From positions 423,449-487,448 of the forward strand of contig CBFHOE010000002.1 in assembly GCA_965657355.1 (NCBI GenBank): a stretch of DNA of 64,000 bases. The letters run 5' to 3'. This DNA is from Limisphaerales bacterium. GTDB lineage: Bacteria; Verrucomicrobiota; Verrucomicrobiia; Limisphaerales; JAJOIW01. This document shows, one piece after another, positions 10,533-21,356 of this stretch. The notes below the pieces were generated by a model, which saw only the letters and a program-made list of their open reading frames with translations, searched no databases and was not told the origin of the DNA. Position numbers and translations under genes: made by a program. Numbering within the stretch: the stretch's first letter is position 1; each line of letters begins with the position of its first letter.

Positions 10533-13500
10533 ATGGAGCTGACTGAAAAGTATTTTATGGAAATGGCTGGATGGAAGGCTATGAAGGAGGCGCGCGCATT
10601 GATTTCGTCGAGAAAAGTACTCAGTGCTAGCTGGAAATCTCCAATCCTGAGAGGAACTGTGCAAGCTGGAGGAAAAGCCTATTCCAGTGGTTTTGTCATT
10701 AATAATCCAAAAGATATTGAAAACCTCTGTCGGTGCCGGGAATCCCAGGAATGGGGAACATTATGCCACCATTCGGTCGCTGTTGCTTTGGAAGTAATCC
10801 GAAAAAAAGAATTCGAATCCGGCAATCTTGCGCAGAAAAATAAAAAAATTCTACCTCAGTCGAGATCCAAGACAAATCCGCCACAGAATGAAACAAAACA
10901 AGAGCCCAAGAAACTTTTAAATAGAACAGAGAATTCTTCAGAAGGGGACCCTCTATCACTAGAGATCGTCCTCCCACCAAATTGGCTCAAACAAGCCGAG
11001 GCCAACAAAAGCATTATCATTTCCTTTTTTGCAACTCGGTTCACTCCAGAAAAACTAAGATTACCACTTGGTAGTATTGACACAGAGGCAAATTATTATT
11101 TAGACGAGCTGGATTCCATCCTTCTCGGGGAACTTGAGTCTTTGGAACCTGAAAAACTCCCATCTCATCTCCCGGTCCCTCCTAATTTGTTTTTTGAGTG
11201 GATGTCATTGATTCCAGGGCACCAGAATGTATCAACGGCCCATGGACAAGAAGTCCATATCGACCCTCGCCCTTGGATTCCCAATTGTAAATTGTCACTT
11301 ATGCCCGATGGATCGCTCACTCTGACATTGAGTAAGAATTCAAAATCGAAGAACCCTGTGATACTGATGGGCCCTCCCCCGTGGGTTTATGTAGACGAAT
11401 CACTGAGACCCATTTCCCCAGCAGCATCGCAATGGGATTGGAATAAAGAACAGCATTTTATTACGAGGGGAAAAATCTCTGACTTTTTTAATTCTCAATG
11501 GCCGAGACTTGAGGAAACCGGACAAGTGGAATCAAATGTCGATCCAAATAGATTCGAAATCATTCAGGGAGAACCCATTTTTCATCTTGAGCTGGAAGGA
11601 GGATTAGCTGTTCTAAAAGGGAGAATTCGTTGTCAATACGGCCACGCCTTTTACACGATTTCCAAAAACTCGATCTCCCAACTGCAGAATTCCTCACTGG
11701 AGTGGATTGCCGATCCTCAAAATCCATTCAAATATTGGTCAAGAAATATCAAAGCTGAGAAAGAGGCACTCGCATTGCTTTTTGATGCGGGGTTTTATGA
11801 AGGAAATGACAAGGAAACAATCGAGCTGAAAAGCCAGGACAGGGTCCTTCCTTTCCTGGCCACCACGTTCCAGAAACTCAAAAAAAACAACTGGGTGGTA
11901 GAGCTGGAATCCAGGCTTGAAAAAAGTATATCAAATAAAACAGAAACTATTTCACCATCCCTGGACTTTATCTCATCTGGTGAAGATTGGTTCGAAATGC
12001 GAGTTGAATACTCGGGAAGTCATGGAAGTCGCTTTTCAGAAAGTGACGTACGAGATTTATTACAGTCTGGTCGCTCCTACAGAAAAAGATCAGATGGAAA
12101 ATTTTTACTGATTGACACGCCTCTTATCGATGAGTTTAAGGAAGTCGTCAGGGATTGTTCTCCGACCCAATCAAACAGGTCATTCAAAGTCGCTACTCAG
12201 CACGCCTCATTCCTGATTGACTCCGTTAAAGAGACCACGCCATGGGCAATGCGAGGCGGTGTCGATAAAATCCAAAAACCGACTTTTTCAAAAGGCGATA
12301 TCCCATCGCCTCTCAATAAAATTCTACGGGAATATCAAAAAGAAGGGGCATTGTGGTTGACCGGCCTAAGCCACAACAAGCTCGGAGGCATACTCGCCGA
12401 TGACATGGGACTTGGGAAAACACTTCAAACCCTTGCCTTCATCCAAATCTCAAAAAAAATAAACAGCGCAGAAAACTTCAAGCCTTCACTCATTTTATGC
12501 CCGACAAGTTTAGTCCATAACTGGGAATCTGAAATTAAAAAGTTTGTCCCAAAATTAAAATCACTTGTTATTCATGGCCCCAAAAGACATGAAAAATTCC
12601 AGCGGATAAATCAAGCTGACATTGTAATAACCTCCCTGCCATTAATTCATCGCGACCTTGAAAATTACAACGATCAGGAGTTCGATTCAGTTTTCTTAGA
12701 TGAAGCCCAAAACATAAAAAACCCAGCAAGCAAGGTTTCAAAGGCAGTCAGAAAAATAAAATCACGCTTCAGAATTGCCCTTAGCGGAACTCCCGTAGAA
12801 AACCGGGTCATGGATCTATGGTCTATCATGGACTTTGTCATGCCTGGTTACCTTGGTTCACAAAAGGAATTCCAGTCGAGGTATGAATTACCCATAGCTA
12901 AACTGAAAGATAAGCAGGTGGCCGACCGGCTAAGAAGAAGAGTGAGCCCATTTATCCTAAGGAGGCTAAAGACAGAGGTCGCCAAAGAGTTACCTGATAA
13001 AATTGAACAAATCCATTTTTGTGAAATGAGCTCTGATCAATCCCAATTTTATCAATCCGTTCTCTCCGAGAGCAGAAATAAAATTTTGGATTCCGTCAAT
13101 AAATCCGGTTTTACAAAAAATAAAATCCTGATATTTCAAACTTTAATGCGATTGAGGCAAATTTGCTGCGACTTGAGGTTATTGGGGGACGATAAAAACT
13201 TAGAAAAAACAAAGTCATCAAAATTTGACTTGTTGGAGGAATTGGTGTCGGAGGCGATTGATGGAAACCACAAAATATTGGTGTTCTCCCAATTCACCAG
13301 GATGCTGGATCTACTTACCAAATCCGCAGATGAAAAGGAATATGGATACAGCCTTTTGACAGGAAAAACCCAAAACCGTCAAAAGGTTATCGAAGAGTTT
13401 AAAGAAAATGAGAACAAAAACATATTTTTCATCAGTTTGAAAGCCGGTGGCACAGGATTAAATCTTACGGAGGCTGATATTGTCATTCACTATGACCCCT

Positions 13501-13733
13501 GGTGGAATCCGGCTGTCGAGGATCAGGCAACAAGCCGAGCCCACAGAATTGGACAATCTAAGGTGGTATCGAGTTATAAATTAATTACAAAGGGCACTAT
13601 CGAGGAAAAAATACTCCATTTACAGAGTAAAAAGAGGGATATATTTAAAACGATGGTCGACGAAAATGCCAAAATGGCCGATAGTTTATCGTGGGACGAG
13701 GTTCAAGACCTCTTAGTTGACCCGGAAAACTGA
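10533..13733 (+). CDS. SWIM zinc-finger SNF2-family helicase
   Basis: CRC...LCHH SWIM motif; LADDMGLGKT, DEAQ, SGTPVEN, SLKAGGTGLNL, QATSRAHRIGQ. Confidence 0.92.
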   Translation: MELTEKYFMEMAGWKAMKEARALISSRKVLSASWKSPILRGTVQAGGKAYSSGFVINNPKDIENLCRCRESQEWGTLCHHSVAVALEVIRKKEFESGNLAQKNKKILPQSRSKTNPPQNETKQEPKKLLNRTENSSEGDPLSLEIVLPPNWLKQAEANKSIIISFFATRFTPEKLRLPLGSIDTEANYYLDELDSILLGELESLEPEKLPSHLPVPPNLFFEWMSLIPGHQNVSTAHGQEVHIDPRPWIPNCKLSLMPDGSLTLTLSKNSKSKNPVILMGPPPWVYVDESLRPISPAASQWDWNKEQHFITRGKISDFFNSQWPRLEETGQVESNVDPNRFEIIQGEPIFHLELEGGLAVLKGRIRCQYGHAFYTISKNSISQLQNSSLEWIADPQNPFKYWSRNIKAEKEALALLFDAGFYEGNDKETIELKSQDRVLPFLATTFQKLKKNNWVVELESRLEKSISNKTETISPSLDFISSGEDWFEMRVEYSGSHGSRFSESDVRDLLQSGRSYRKRSDGKFLLIDTPLIDEFKEVVRDCSPTQSNRSFKVATQHASFLIDSVKETTPWAMRGGVDKIQKPTFSKGDIPSPLNKILREYQKEGALWLTGLSHNKLGGILADDMGLGKTLQTLAFIQISKKINSAENFKPSLILCPTSLVHNWESEIKKFVPKLKSLVIHGPKRHEKFQRINQADIVITSLPLIHRDLENYNDQEFDSVFLDEAQNIKNPASKVSKAVRKIKSRFRIALSGTPVENRVMDLWSIMDFVMPGYLGSQKEFQSRYELPIAKLKDKQVADRLRRRVSPFILRRLKTEVAKELPDKIEQIHFCEMSSDQSQFYQSVLSESRNKILDSVNKSGFTKNKILIFQTLMRLRQICCDLRLLGDDKNLEKTKSSKFDLLEELVSEAIDGNHKILVFSQFTRMLDLLTKSADEKEYGYSLLTGKTQNRQKVIEEFKENENKNIFFISLKAGGTGLNLTEADIVIHYDPWWNPAVEDQATSRAHRIGQSKVVSSYKLITKGTIEEKILHLQSKKRDIFKTMVDENAKMADSLSWDEVQDLLVDPEN

Positions 13734-13802
13734 ATTTAATGTTTCGATTTGGTAAATTTTGAAACTGTTTTGATCCTAGGACGTAATACTAGTGAATTGG
13801 CA

Positions 13803-14732
13803 ATGGATAATTTAAAAACAAAGAACTCGACCATTATCACCCTGATGTTCGCATTGATGCTTTCAACCTGTTTGGGCTGGAAATCATATGCAGAGGATGA
13901 CAAATTGGCGCCAAAACCAGCTTCAAACACCCAAGCTGTAACCAGCCAAGGTAATTCGACAGAGGGTGTGAACAGTAAAATTAGTAGATCAACAAACCCA
14001 TACTCCAGCATCGTTCGCAGAAATGCTTTCGGATTAAAGGAAAAAGAAGTCAAAAAAGCAGAAAAGAAGGAAGATAAAGTGGAGGAAGCTCCAGAGGATT
14101 TGGGGCTCATCATAAATGGCTTTTCTTCTATGGGAAAAAGAAGGTTTGTTTATTTCAAGATTCCAGATAAAGAAAACAAAGGAAAATTTAAATACTACAC
14201 TGTGGACGTCGACGATGATAAAGCAAATCCGATTGACGTCGTAAAAGTCGAAGATAAATCCATCGACATCAGATATAAGGGTCGTTCCTACTCACTCAAT
14301 TACCAAGACCATAAGAATAAACTCGTAAGAGTCGCTAAAAGTAATAGCAAATCCAAATCGTCGAAAATACCAAGTCGAAGTCAAAAAACAAAACCCATAT
14401 CAAGGACCAGTAGTAGCACTAAAAATTCATACAGAAGCAATAACGTCATTAATCGATATGGCGCGAACACAAGCAGCGGCAGTTCCTCAAGATCAGCTTT
14501 ATCAACGGGCCGCTCGTCCTCCAGAACGAGCCCTAGGGGGATAATCGGAGGAGGATCCACAATTAGAGCGAAAAGGACCGTTAATGTTGGAGGGGGAGCC
14601 CCAAGTGGAATGTCCTCTGAGGAACAAGCCCTCATTATGGAAGTCAACAGAGCCATGAACGCTCAACAGGGTATCCCTATGCCACCAACACCAGGACTGC
14701 CTAGTACCACAAGTCAAGGTCGCGGCAATTGA
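13803..14732 (+). CDS. Exported hypothetical protein with Ser/Arg-rich linker and Pro-rich tail
   Basis: Hydrophobic N-terminal signal, NPYSSIVRRNAFGL segment, low-complexity S/R tract, EEQALIMEVNR...PMPPTPGLP end. Confidence 0.7.
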   Translation: MDNLKTKNSTIITLMFALMLSTCLGWKSYAEDDKLAPKPASNTQAVTSQGNSTEGVNSKISRSTNPYSSIVRRNAFGLKEKEVKKAEKKEDKVEEAPEDLGLIINGFSSMGKRRFVYFKIPDKENKGKFKYYTVDVDDDKANPIDVVKVEDKSIDIRYKGRSYSLNYQDHKNKLVRVAKSNSKSKSSKIPSRSQKTKPISRTSSSTKNSYRSNNVINRYGANTSSGSSSRSALSTGRSSSRTSPRGIIGGGSTIRAKRTVNVGGGAPSGMSSEEQALIMEVNRAMNAQQGIPMPPTPGLPSTTSQGRGN

Positions 14733-14916
14733 TTTAAAAAGATTATTGGGCAATAAAATCAACCATTCCTATTTTAGACAAAGTAGCCTTCTTTACTGAG
14801 CCAGGTAGCCTGCTGCGGCCATTTCTATCCGGTTTGATTTTTGGCAAAGCCCTTAACTTGTCCTGCAGCTCCACCCAAGGTTTTGATTATAAAAAGCCTT
14901 GTATGAACTGGAATTA

Positions 14917-15110
14917 TATTCTCGCCAATCATTCTTACACCATAGAAAACCACGACCAAACCGCCCGCTGACGGATTTAAATTCACTGCCAATGATTAGA
15001 CGGCTCGGGTCACTTCCTAGTGGAACCGTGCCCGCAGCAGCATTCAGATTCAATATGAGGCTTAATGCCTGTTAGAAAGGTTGCTCACTACCTCAGAACG
15101 ACACGGGATA
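14917..15110 (-). ncRNA. ssrS: Probable 6S RNA
   Basis: About 194 nt rod on the minus strand. 5' UAUCCCGUGUCGUUCU pairs with 3' AGAAUGAUUGGCGAGAAUA; apical stem GGCACGGUUCCACU/AGUGACCCGAGCC; central bubble. G-U pairs favour the minus strand. Confidence 0.6.
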
Positions 15111-15222
15111 AGTCGCCTCCAACTGGGAGGAAATAATAGAGAAAATATCAATTAGATTATGACGCAAGGGCGAACGGACATCACTCTATGCAGTAAAGGT
15201 AAGATAACCTATTTTTAGTGAT

Positions 15223-15729
15223 TTATTCTTCTTCTTTGGGCTGATCAAATATAACTCCAGTCATTTGGCCCCCATAACCTTTCCCAAACCAGCTACCAGC
15301 GTATGTATCTTTGTATACCAAAACTCTTGCTGTGTAGGTATTACCACCAGGAAAATCCAAATCAGTAACTGAAATTACTGGAGTGTCCCCAGCCCAAAAA
15401 ACATTTACGGTAATGGGTAAATTAACATCAACAGAGCCAAATTGAACGCGTGAAACAATAACCCATTTGTCTTCTCCGGTTTTGGTGGCTGACTGTATGG
15501 TGTATTTATCTTTTTTCCACGGCCCCATCTTTCCGTCTTGAACTAAATTCCACTCGCCAGCAAATATGCATTCCGTAAGCCTTTTCTGGAATGCAATCTC
15601 CAATTCATTCATAGTGATTTCTTCTCCGGATTTTGAAACCTCTTGCCGCTCTTCAGCTAATGCTGGGAAAATTAGACAAAAAGTATTCAACAGAAAGAAC
15701 AGATTGAAGTATTTTGAGGAATTTTTCAT
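15223..15729 (-). CDS. Exported hypothetical protein
   Basis: Signal peptide ending ALA-EE; beta-rich mature region. Confidence 0.75.
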   Translation of the reverse strand: MKNSSKYFNLFFLLNTFCLIFPALAEERQEVSKSGEEITMNELEIAFQKRLTECIFAGEWNLVQDGKMGPWKKDKYTIQSATKTGEDKWVIVSRVQFGSVDVNLPITVNVFWAGDTPVISVTDLDFPGGNTYTARVLVYKDTYAGSWFGKGYGGQMTGVIFDQPKEEE

Positions 15730-15854
15730 ATTTAAAATATCTCCTGATTTGATTGTGATTCCAAATCATTTCATTCAATTTTCTCAAGACTGGATGATTC
15801 TGCTTTGGTAAACAATTGAATATAACGTATGGTGAACCCATCAAAATAATCGTC

Positions 15855-17159
15855 ATGAAAATAAATTTAAGAATAGTCTTTATGAGCGCTTTCGCCTGTG
15901 CAGCTGCAGCGATTGCAAATGCAGGCGAACCGGCTCTACAGCTTGTCTCTTCAGGATACGTTTCTCCCTCCAACCTTCTATCAGTTCCAGGCAAAAACAA
16001 AGATCTCATCATTGCTGACCAAGTTGGAGTTATTTACTATCTCCCTAAAGGAAAAGACCAGAACAAGACTTTGTTTCTAGACCTAAGGTCAAAATTGACC
16101 AAACTCAAAAAGGGATTCGATGAACGAGGACTGCTCGGTGTGGCGTTCCACCCGGATTACCCTGAAAAAAAATCGGTATTTGTTTATTATAGTGCTCCAA
16201 AAAGAAAAGAGGCCCCTGAAAAATGGGATCACACAAGCCATATTTCACGATTCACAGTTTCTGAAAACTTGAAATATATAGAGTTAGAATCAGAAAAGGT
16301 TCTGCTTCAATTTGATGAGCCCCAATGGAACCATAATTCTGGACGCCTTGCTTTTGGCCCTGACGGACTCCTTTATGCGAGCATAGGTGATGGAGGTGCT
16401 GGAAATGATGTAGGTTTGGGGCATGGAGAAATCGGTAATGGCCAAAATCAAAATAATCTCCTGGGCTCAGTAATCAGAATCGATGTGGATAAGGGCGATA
16501 CGTATAGCATCCCAAAGGACAACCCATTCGCAAATGGAGGTGGCAGGCCTGAAATTTTTGCTTATGGATTCAGAAACCCATGGGGAATGTCTTTTGACAT
16601 GGGCGGAGAGCACGAACTCTTTTTAGCCGATGTCGGCCAATCTCGTTTCGAAGAAGTCAATATTGTCCAGAATGGCGGCAACTACGGTTGGAGAGTCAGG
16701 GAAGGTTTCACTGGCTTTGATCCAAAACAAGCCTATGTTTCCAAAAATCTTGAAGCTCCTTTAAATGATGCCCGAGGGCAGAGATTCATCGACCCAATCG
16801 TAGTCTATAAAAATAAAGGAGCTTTCAGAAAAAAAGATGACGGATCACTCGGGATTAGTATCACAGGCGGTTACGTTTACAGAGGCTCAGAACTCCCCGA
16901 ATATGATGGTAAATACATATTTGGTGATTGGAATATGAAAAGAGGAACCAACATCGGCATCCTTTTTGTGGCCTCCAAATCGGGCCAAAAATGGTCGATG
17001 GATCTTCTGAGGTCAAAATATATCAAAGATGGCCAGGTCGAAGGATTCGTAACGGCATTTGGTCAGGATGCTGACGGAGAAGTCTATGTAATGACGAATG
17101 ATACCAACGCACTGATAAACAAATCAGGCAAAGTTTATAAGCTCGTTTCTAAAGACTAA
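15855..17159 (+). CDS. PQQ-dependent sugar dehydrogenase (glucose/sorbosone dehydrogenase family)
   Basis: ERGLLGVAFHP, NHNSGRLAFGPDG, YGFRNPW, ADVGQ..FEEVN, SITGGYVYRG. Confidence 0.88.
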   Translation: MKINLRIVFMSAFACAAAAIANAGEPALQLVSSGYVSPSNLLSVPGKNKDLIIADQVGVIYYLPKGKDQNKTLFLDLRSKLTKLKKGFDERGLLGVAFHPDYPEKKSVFVYYSAPKRKEAPEKWDHTSHISRFTVSENLKYIELESEKVLLQFDEPQWNHNSGRLAFGPDGLLYASIGDGGAGNDVGLGHGEIGNGQNQNNLLGSVIRIDVDKGDTYSIPKDNPFANGGGRPEIFAYGFRNPWGMSFDMGGEHELFLADVGQSRFEEVNIVQNGGNYGWRVREGFTGFDPKQAYVSKNLEAPLNDARGQRFIDPIVVYKNKGAFRKKDDGSLGISITGGYVYRGSELPEYDGKYIFGDWNMKRGTNIGILFVASKSGQKWSMDLLRSKYIKDGQVEGFVTAFGQDADGEVYVMTNDTNALINKSGKVYKLVSKD

Positions 17160-17190
17160 ACTTCAAAGATTTCGACATAATAAATTTAAT

Positions 17191-17227
17191 GCCTGGCTCG
17201 AAAAATATATCGAGTCAGGCTTTTTTA
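17191..17227 (+). terminator. Rho-independent terminator
   Basis: GCCTGGCTCGA...TCGAGTCAGGC hairpin followed by TTTTTT. Confidence 0.8.
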
Positions 17228-17349
17228 TTCTTTGCAACCAAAGGAAATAATTTGACAACGCCAACTCCAAACGTATATCTCGCTAGGATGGCTAAAACTT
17301 GATCTGAGAAAACCACCCATAAGGAAATCAAGAAGCCGCATCAGAGAAA

Positions 17350-18735
17350 ATGAACAAACTAAGAATAAAGGACTTACTCAATCTTGAAAACTCGTTGGAT
17401 TCTGTGGTTGTCACAGGTTGGGTTAGAACAAAAAGAGATTCAAAAAAGTTTTCATTCCTGGAAGTTAATGATGGATCGTGTCTTAAGAACTTACAGGTGA
17501 TCGTAGACGCTGGAATCCAAGGGTATAAATCGCTCGATCAAGCCTCTACTGGAGCTGCTGTGTCCATTAAAGGGAAATTGATAGAGTCACAAGGCAAGAA
17601 CCAAAGGTGGGAGGTCCATGCTGATGAATTTGAATTGGTCGGAGCAGCGGATGAAACATTCCCACTCCAAAAGAAGGGGCATACCATGGAATATCTTCGT
17701 GAGATCGCCCACCTTCGAGCAAGATCCAATCTCTTCGGGGCTGTTTTTCGAGTCAGAAGTAAGCTAGCGTTTGCTATCCACCAGTTCTTTCAGGAAAAAG
17801 ATTTTCAGTACGTTCACACTCCAATCATAACAGCCAGCGATTGCGAAGGAGCTGGGGAGATGTTTAGGGTTACGACCTTAAACCTGGAGAATCCGCCAAG
17901 ACAAAAAGATGGCCTAGTCGATGACACCAAAGATTTCTTTCACAAAGCCTCGTATTTAACCGTCTCCGGACAGCTTGAGGCCGAGGCATTCGCGTGTTCA
18001 CTGGGCCAGGTTTATACATTTGGCCCAACTTTTCGCGCTGAAAATTCTCATACTTCAAGACATGCTGCCGAATTCTGGATGATTGAACCCGAAATAGCTT
18101 TTTGTGATATCCATGGAGACATGGACCTTGCCGAAGAATTTGTCAAATACCTCATCGCTCATTCGCTAGAAAACTGTAATGAGGATCTGGAGCTGTTTAA
18201 CAAATTCGTGGATAAAGGTCTACTCGACCGCTTAAAATTTGTTTTGGAGAAACCCTTTCAAAGAATCACATACACGAAAGCAGTGGAAATTTTGAAGAAT
18301 TCAAAACAAAAATTCGATTACGACGTTTCTTGGGGAGCAAATCTTCAATCAGAACACGAGCGTTATTTGACGGAAGAGCACTTCAAATGTCCAATAACTG
18401 TTTATGATTATCCAGCTTCAATAAAACCATTTTACATGCGTAAAAATGATGATGGAAAAACGGTGGCGGCGATGGATGTCCTTGTACCCGGCATCGGCGA
18501 AATTATCGGAGGCTCACAAAGGGAAGAAAGAATGGAAGTTCTTTTAAATAATTTGAAAGAGGCAAATCTGCCAGAAAAGGAATACTGGTGGTATACTGAT
18601 TTAAGAAAATATGGAAGCGTTCCACACAGTGGATTTGGCTTAGGGTTCGAAAGAATGCTAATGTTCGTCACAGGGATGAACAACATACGAGACGTCATTC
18701 CATTCGCCAGGACTCCAGGGCACGCCGAGTTTTGA
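17350..18735 (+). CDS. asnS: Asparagine--tRNA ligase
   Basis: GWVRTKR, CEGAGEMF, YLTVSGQL, FRAENSHTSRHAAEFWMIEPE, GFGLGFER. Confidence 0.97.
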   Translation: MNKLRIKDLLNLENSLDSVVVTGWVRTKRDSKKFSFLEVNDGSCLKNLQVIVDAGIQGYKSLDQASTGAAVSIKGKLIESQGKNQRWEVHADEFELVGAADETFPLQKKGHTMEYLREIAHLRARSNLFGAVFRVRSKLAFAIHQFFQEKDFQYVHTPIITASDCEGAGEMFRVTTLNLENPPRQKDGLVDDTKDFFHKASYLTVSGQLEAEAFACSLGQVYTFGPTFRAENSHTSRHAAEFWMIEPEIAFCDIHGDMDLAEEFVKYLIAHSLENCNEDLELFNKFVDKGLLDRLKFVLEKPFQRITYTKAVEILKNSKQKFDYDVSWGANLQSEHERYLTEEHFKCPITVYDYPASIKPFYMRKNDDGKTVAAMDVLVPGIGEIIGGSQREERMEVLLNNLKEANLPEKEYWWYTDLRKYGSVPHSGFGLGFERMLMFVTGMNNIRDVIPFARTPGHAEF

Positions 18736-18858
18736 TCCAACAATTCTAAAATTGAATTGTTTCTCTCCAATTCATTTATTTCTAGTTGTTTTTTGTGATT
18801 TAAATCGAACAAAAATGAGATAGGTTAAGATTTAAATATAATCAGCGAAGCGAGTGTC

Positions 18859-19722
18859 ATGAGTGAAGAAAGCGGCAGCCAAGATCGAAGCAACATCCCC
18901 ACCGAATCTGGCAAAGAAACCTCTCAAGTCAGCTCACCTTTACCTTCTGCCCAGCACTCGATTTCTCATCCATGGAGGTGGCCAATCACTCTTATGATTT
19001 TTGGGTTTTTAGCATTTGGGGCTTACTGGATAACAATAAGTGAGACGACCAGCCTTTTTAAAACCGGTAGCAAAAAAGCCGAGAAAATAAAAGATTCGGT
19101 TGTGAAAGCAGCTGACACTTTCGAATCCCAAAATATTGCACAATCATTTCTATCACAATTACCTGGCAAAATAGAGCACGGAGGAGATCAACTCGAGATT
19201 GCCAGTTTTCAGGCCGTTGAATCCTTTCGATCGGAATCACGACGAAAGGTTGCCTGGGATGTCATAGATCTGGGTACGACAGTAAGTGAAATCCGAGTAC
19301 CAGTAACGTTTAGATATCATGTGTTGCTAAGTGATGACTGGAATCTCGAAGTTCATAATAATATTTGTTTCGTCTCTGCACCAAAAATACGCCCAACACA
19401 GCCTCCTGCTATCCATACCGACAGGATGGAAACATTTTCATCTCGAGGTTGGGCTCGATTTGATTCAGTCGCATCCATGGATCAACTCGTCAGAACGATT
19501 ACTCCAACAATTAAAGAATATGCCGGTGATGAAAAACACAAAGCTTTGGTCAAAGATTCCGCTAGAAAAGGTATTGCTAAATTTGTTCGCAACTGGCTTC
19601 TTGACCAACAAATTTGGAATACCAACGCCATCTCAAGGATTGTTGTAACTTTTAATGATGAGGAAACACTTGAATTCGACCCAAGTGATTTAAAAGAGAA
19701 ACCAGAAGTATCTTTGCCCTAG
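18859..19722 (+). CDS. Single-TM hypothetical protein (possibly DUF4230-like)
   Basis: One N-terminal TM segment; [15 protein letters not shown] and APKIRP segments. The family call is tentative. Confidence 0.65.
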   Translation: MSEESGSQDRSNIPTESGKETSQVSSPLPSAQHSISHPWRWPITLMIFGFLAFGAYWITISETTSLFKTGSKKAEKIKDSVVKAADTFESQNIAQSFLSQLPGKIEHGGDQLEIASFQAVESFRSESRRKVAWDVIDLGTTVSEIRVPVTFRYHVLLSDDWNLEVHNNICFVSAPKIRPTQPPAIHTDRMETFSSRGWARFDSVASMDQLVRTITPTIKEYAGDEKHKALVKDSARKGIAKFVRNWLLDQQIWNTNAISRIVVTFNDEETLEFDPSDLKEKPEVSLP

Positions 19723-20516
19723 CCGATTTCCTGAGTCTTTCTGACTCTAATTCCCTCGCCAGCCAAAAAATCCTTAACCTGCCCGACTGAAAACTCACCA
19801 AAGTGGAAAATACTGGCCGCTAATACGGCATCGGCGCACCCGTCCATCAAAACCTCAGACATATGCTTCAGCGTACCAGCTCCTCCAGATGCTACGACTG
19901 GAACGCCAACCATTTCAGAAACAGCTCTTGTCACTTCAATATCGAAGCCAGCTTTGGTTCCATCCGCATCAATCGAATTAAGAACAATTTCACCAGCCCC
20001 CCTTTCCACGGCTTCCCGAGCCCACTCAAAAGTATCTCTGCCGGTATCTTTCCTGCCACCGTGCGAAAAAATCCCCCATTTACCTGGCTCAATGCGTTTT
20101 GCATCCAAAGAGACTACAATGCATTGACTCCCAAATTTCTCTGCGCCCTGGGTTATTAGATTTGGATTTGAGAGTGCAGCTGAGTTGATACTAATTTTGT
20201 CAGCTCCCGCTCTGAGCATGATACCCATATCATCGAGAGTCCTTATCCCACCCCCGACTGTCAATGGCATGAAACAGGTTTCGGCTACTTTCTCGATCGT
20301 CTCGACCATCGTTTCCCTACCATGAGCACTTGCTGTGATATCGAAAAAGACCATCTCATCAGCACCTTGCTCATTATAACGCCGGGCTAATTCCACAGGA
20401 TTACCCACATTCCTTAAGCCTCCTTCTTCAGCTCTTCCAAATTGTTGCCCTCTGGTGACGTGACCATCGTGAACATCCAGGCATGGAATCACTCTTTTTG
20501 CTAGTGTATCAATCAT
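19719..20516 (-). CDS. hisF: Imidazole glycerol phosphate synthase cyclase subunit
   Basis: [57 protein letters not shown]. Confidence 0.97.
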   Translation of the reverse strand: MIDTLAKRVIPCLDVHDGHVTRGQQFGRAEEGGLRNVGNPVELARRYNEQGADEMVFFDITASAHGRETMVETIEKVAETCFMPLTVGGGIRTLDDMGIMLRAGADKISINSAALSNPNLITQGAEKFGSQCIVVSLDAKRIEPGKWGIFSHGGRKDTGRDTFEWAREAVERGAGEIVLNSIDADGTKAGFDIEVTRAVSEMVGVPVVASGGAGTLKHMSEVLMDGCADAVLAASIFHFGEFSVGQVKDFLAGEGIRVRKTQEIG

Positions 20517-20710
20517 TCCGTTTTCTTATTTCTGAATCAAAAAGGCACAATTCAAAGAGATTTCCTATTAAATTGAATACAAATTCTATTTATAATGTCG
20601 AATGGAATGAATTCTGATTGAATCATCGAAAGACGACCGTCATATTTAATTAAAGAAATTAAATAAAAACCAGATTTGAATTCATGAACCCACCTTATCT
20701 CAAACATATT

Positions 20711-21316
20711 ATGAATCCTCGTATTATTTTTGCAATATTGGCTCTTTCCTTGTCCGCCTGTGCAACCGGCGTTCGCAATCCCAAAAATACGGGAGTTAGC
20801 TTACTGGAGGCATCAGAGAGCGGCTCATTTGAAACGACAGGCATCGAATCTCAGGACATCACCACTGTTACCGACAAAATGGCGAGAAGTCTTATGAGCT
20901 TTGAACCCATATACAAGCAGGACGGTCCGGCGGTCATTCATATTCAGGTGGAAAACGCTACTAGAACTCCAATAAATACAGACCTCTTTATTACTTCCAT
21001 CCAAACAAAGCTGGTAAAGGCAGGCCAAGGAAAATTAGCATTCATCGATCGTGAATATATTGGAGATGACGAAAAAGAAAGAAACCTTAAGAGAACAGGT
21101 GCAGTGACGTCATCATCAGATCCTAACGTTCAAGAATTCAAAGGGTATGATTACAGGTTGCAAGGCAAGTTGATAGACCTGACGACTAATGCCAATGGTG
21201 GAATCAGTGATTTCATTAAATATAATTTCAGACTTGTCGATGCCCGTACGAATCAAATCGTGTGGGCAGATGAATACTCGACCAAAAAGCAGGCTTTTTT
21301 GGATTCAGTCTACTAG
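20711..21316 (+). CDS. LpoB/YcfM-like lipoprotein (PBP activator family)
   Basis: Lipobox LSAC; ESQDI..V.DKMARSL, VENAT, F.LVD.RT.QIVWAD pattern. Confidence 0.7.
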   Translation: MNPRIIFAILALSLSACATGVRNPKNTGVSLLEASESGSFETTGIESQDITTVTDKMARSLMSFEPIYKQDGPAVIHIQVENATRTPINTDLFITSIQTKLVKAGQGKLAFIDREYIGDDEKERNLKRTGAVTSSSDPNVQEFKGYDYRLQGKLIDLTTNANGGISDFIKYNFRLVDARTNQIVWADEYSTKKQAFLDSVY

Positions 21317-21356
21317 AAATCAATAGGAGCTCTTTCCTTTTTACGACTTAAGCTAG

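Noticed and set aside
14853..15053. 66-aa ORF in the track
   Set aside because: It overlaps the predicted 6S RNA and has no protein features.
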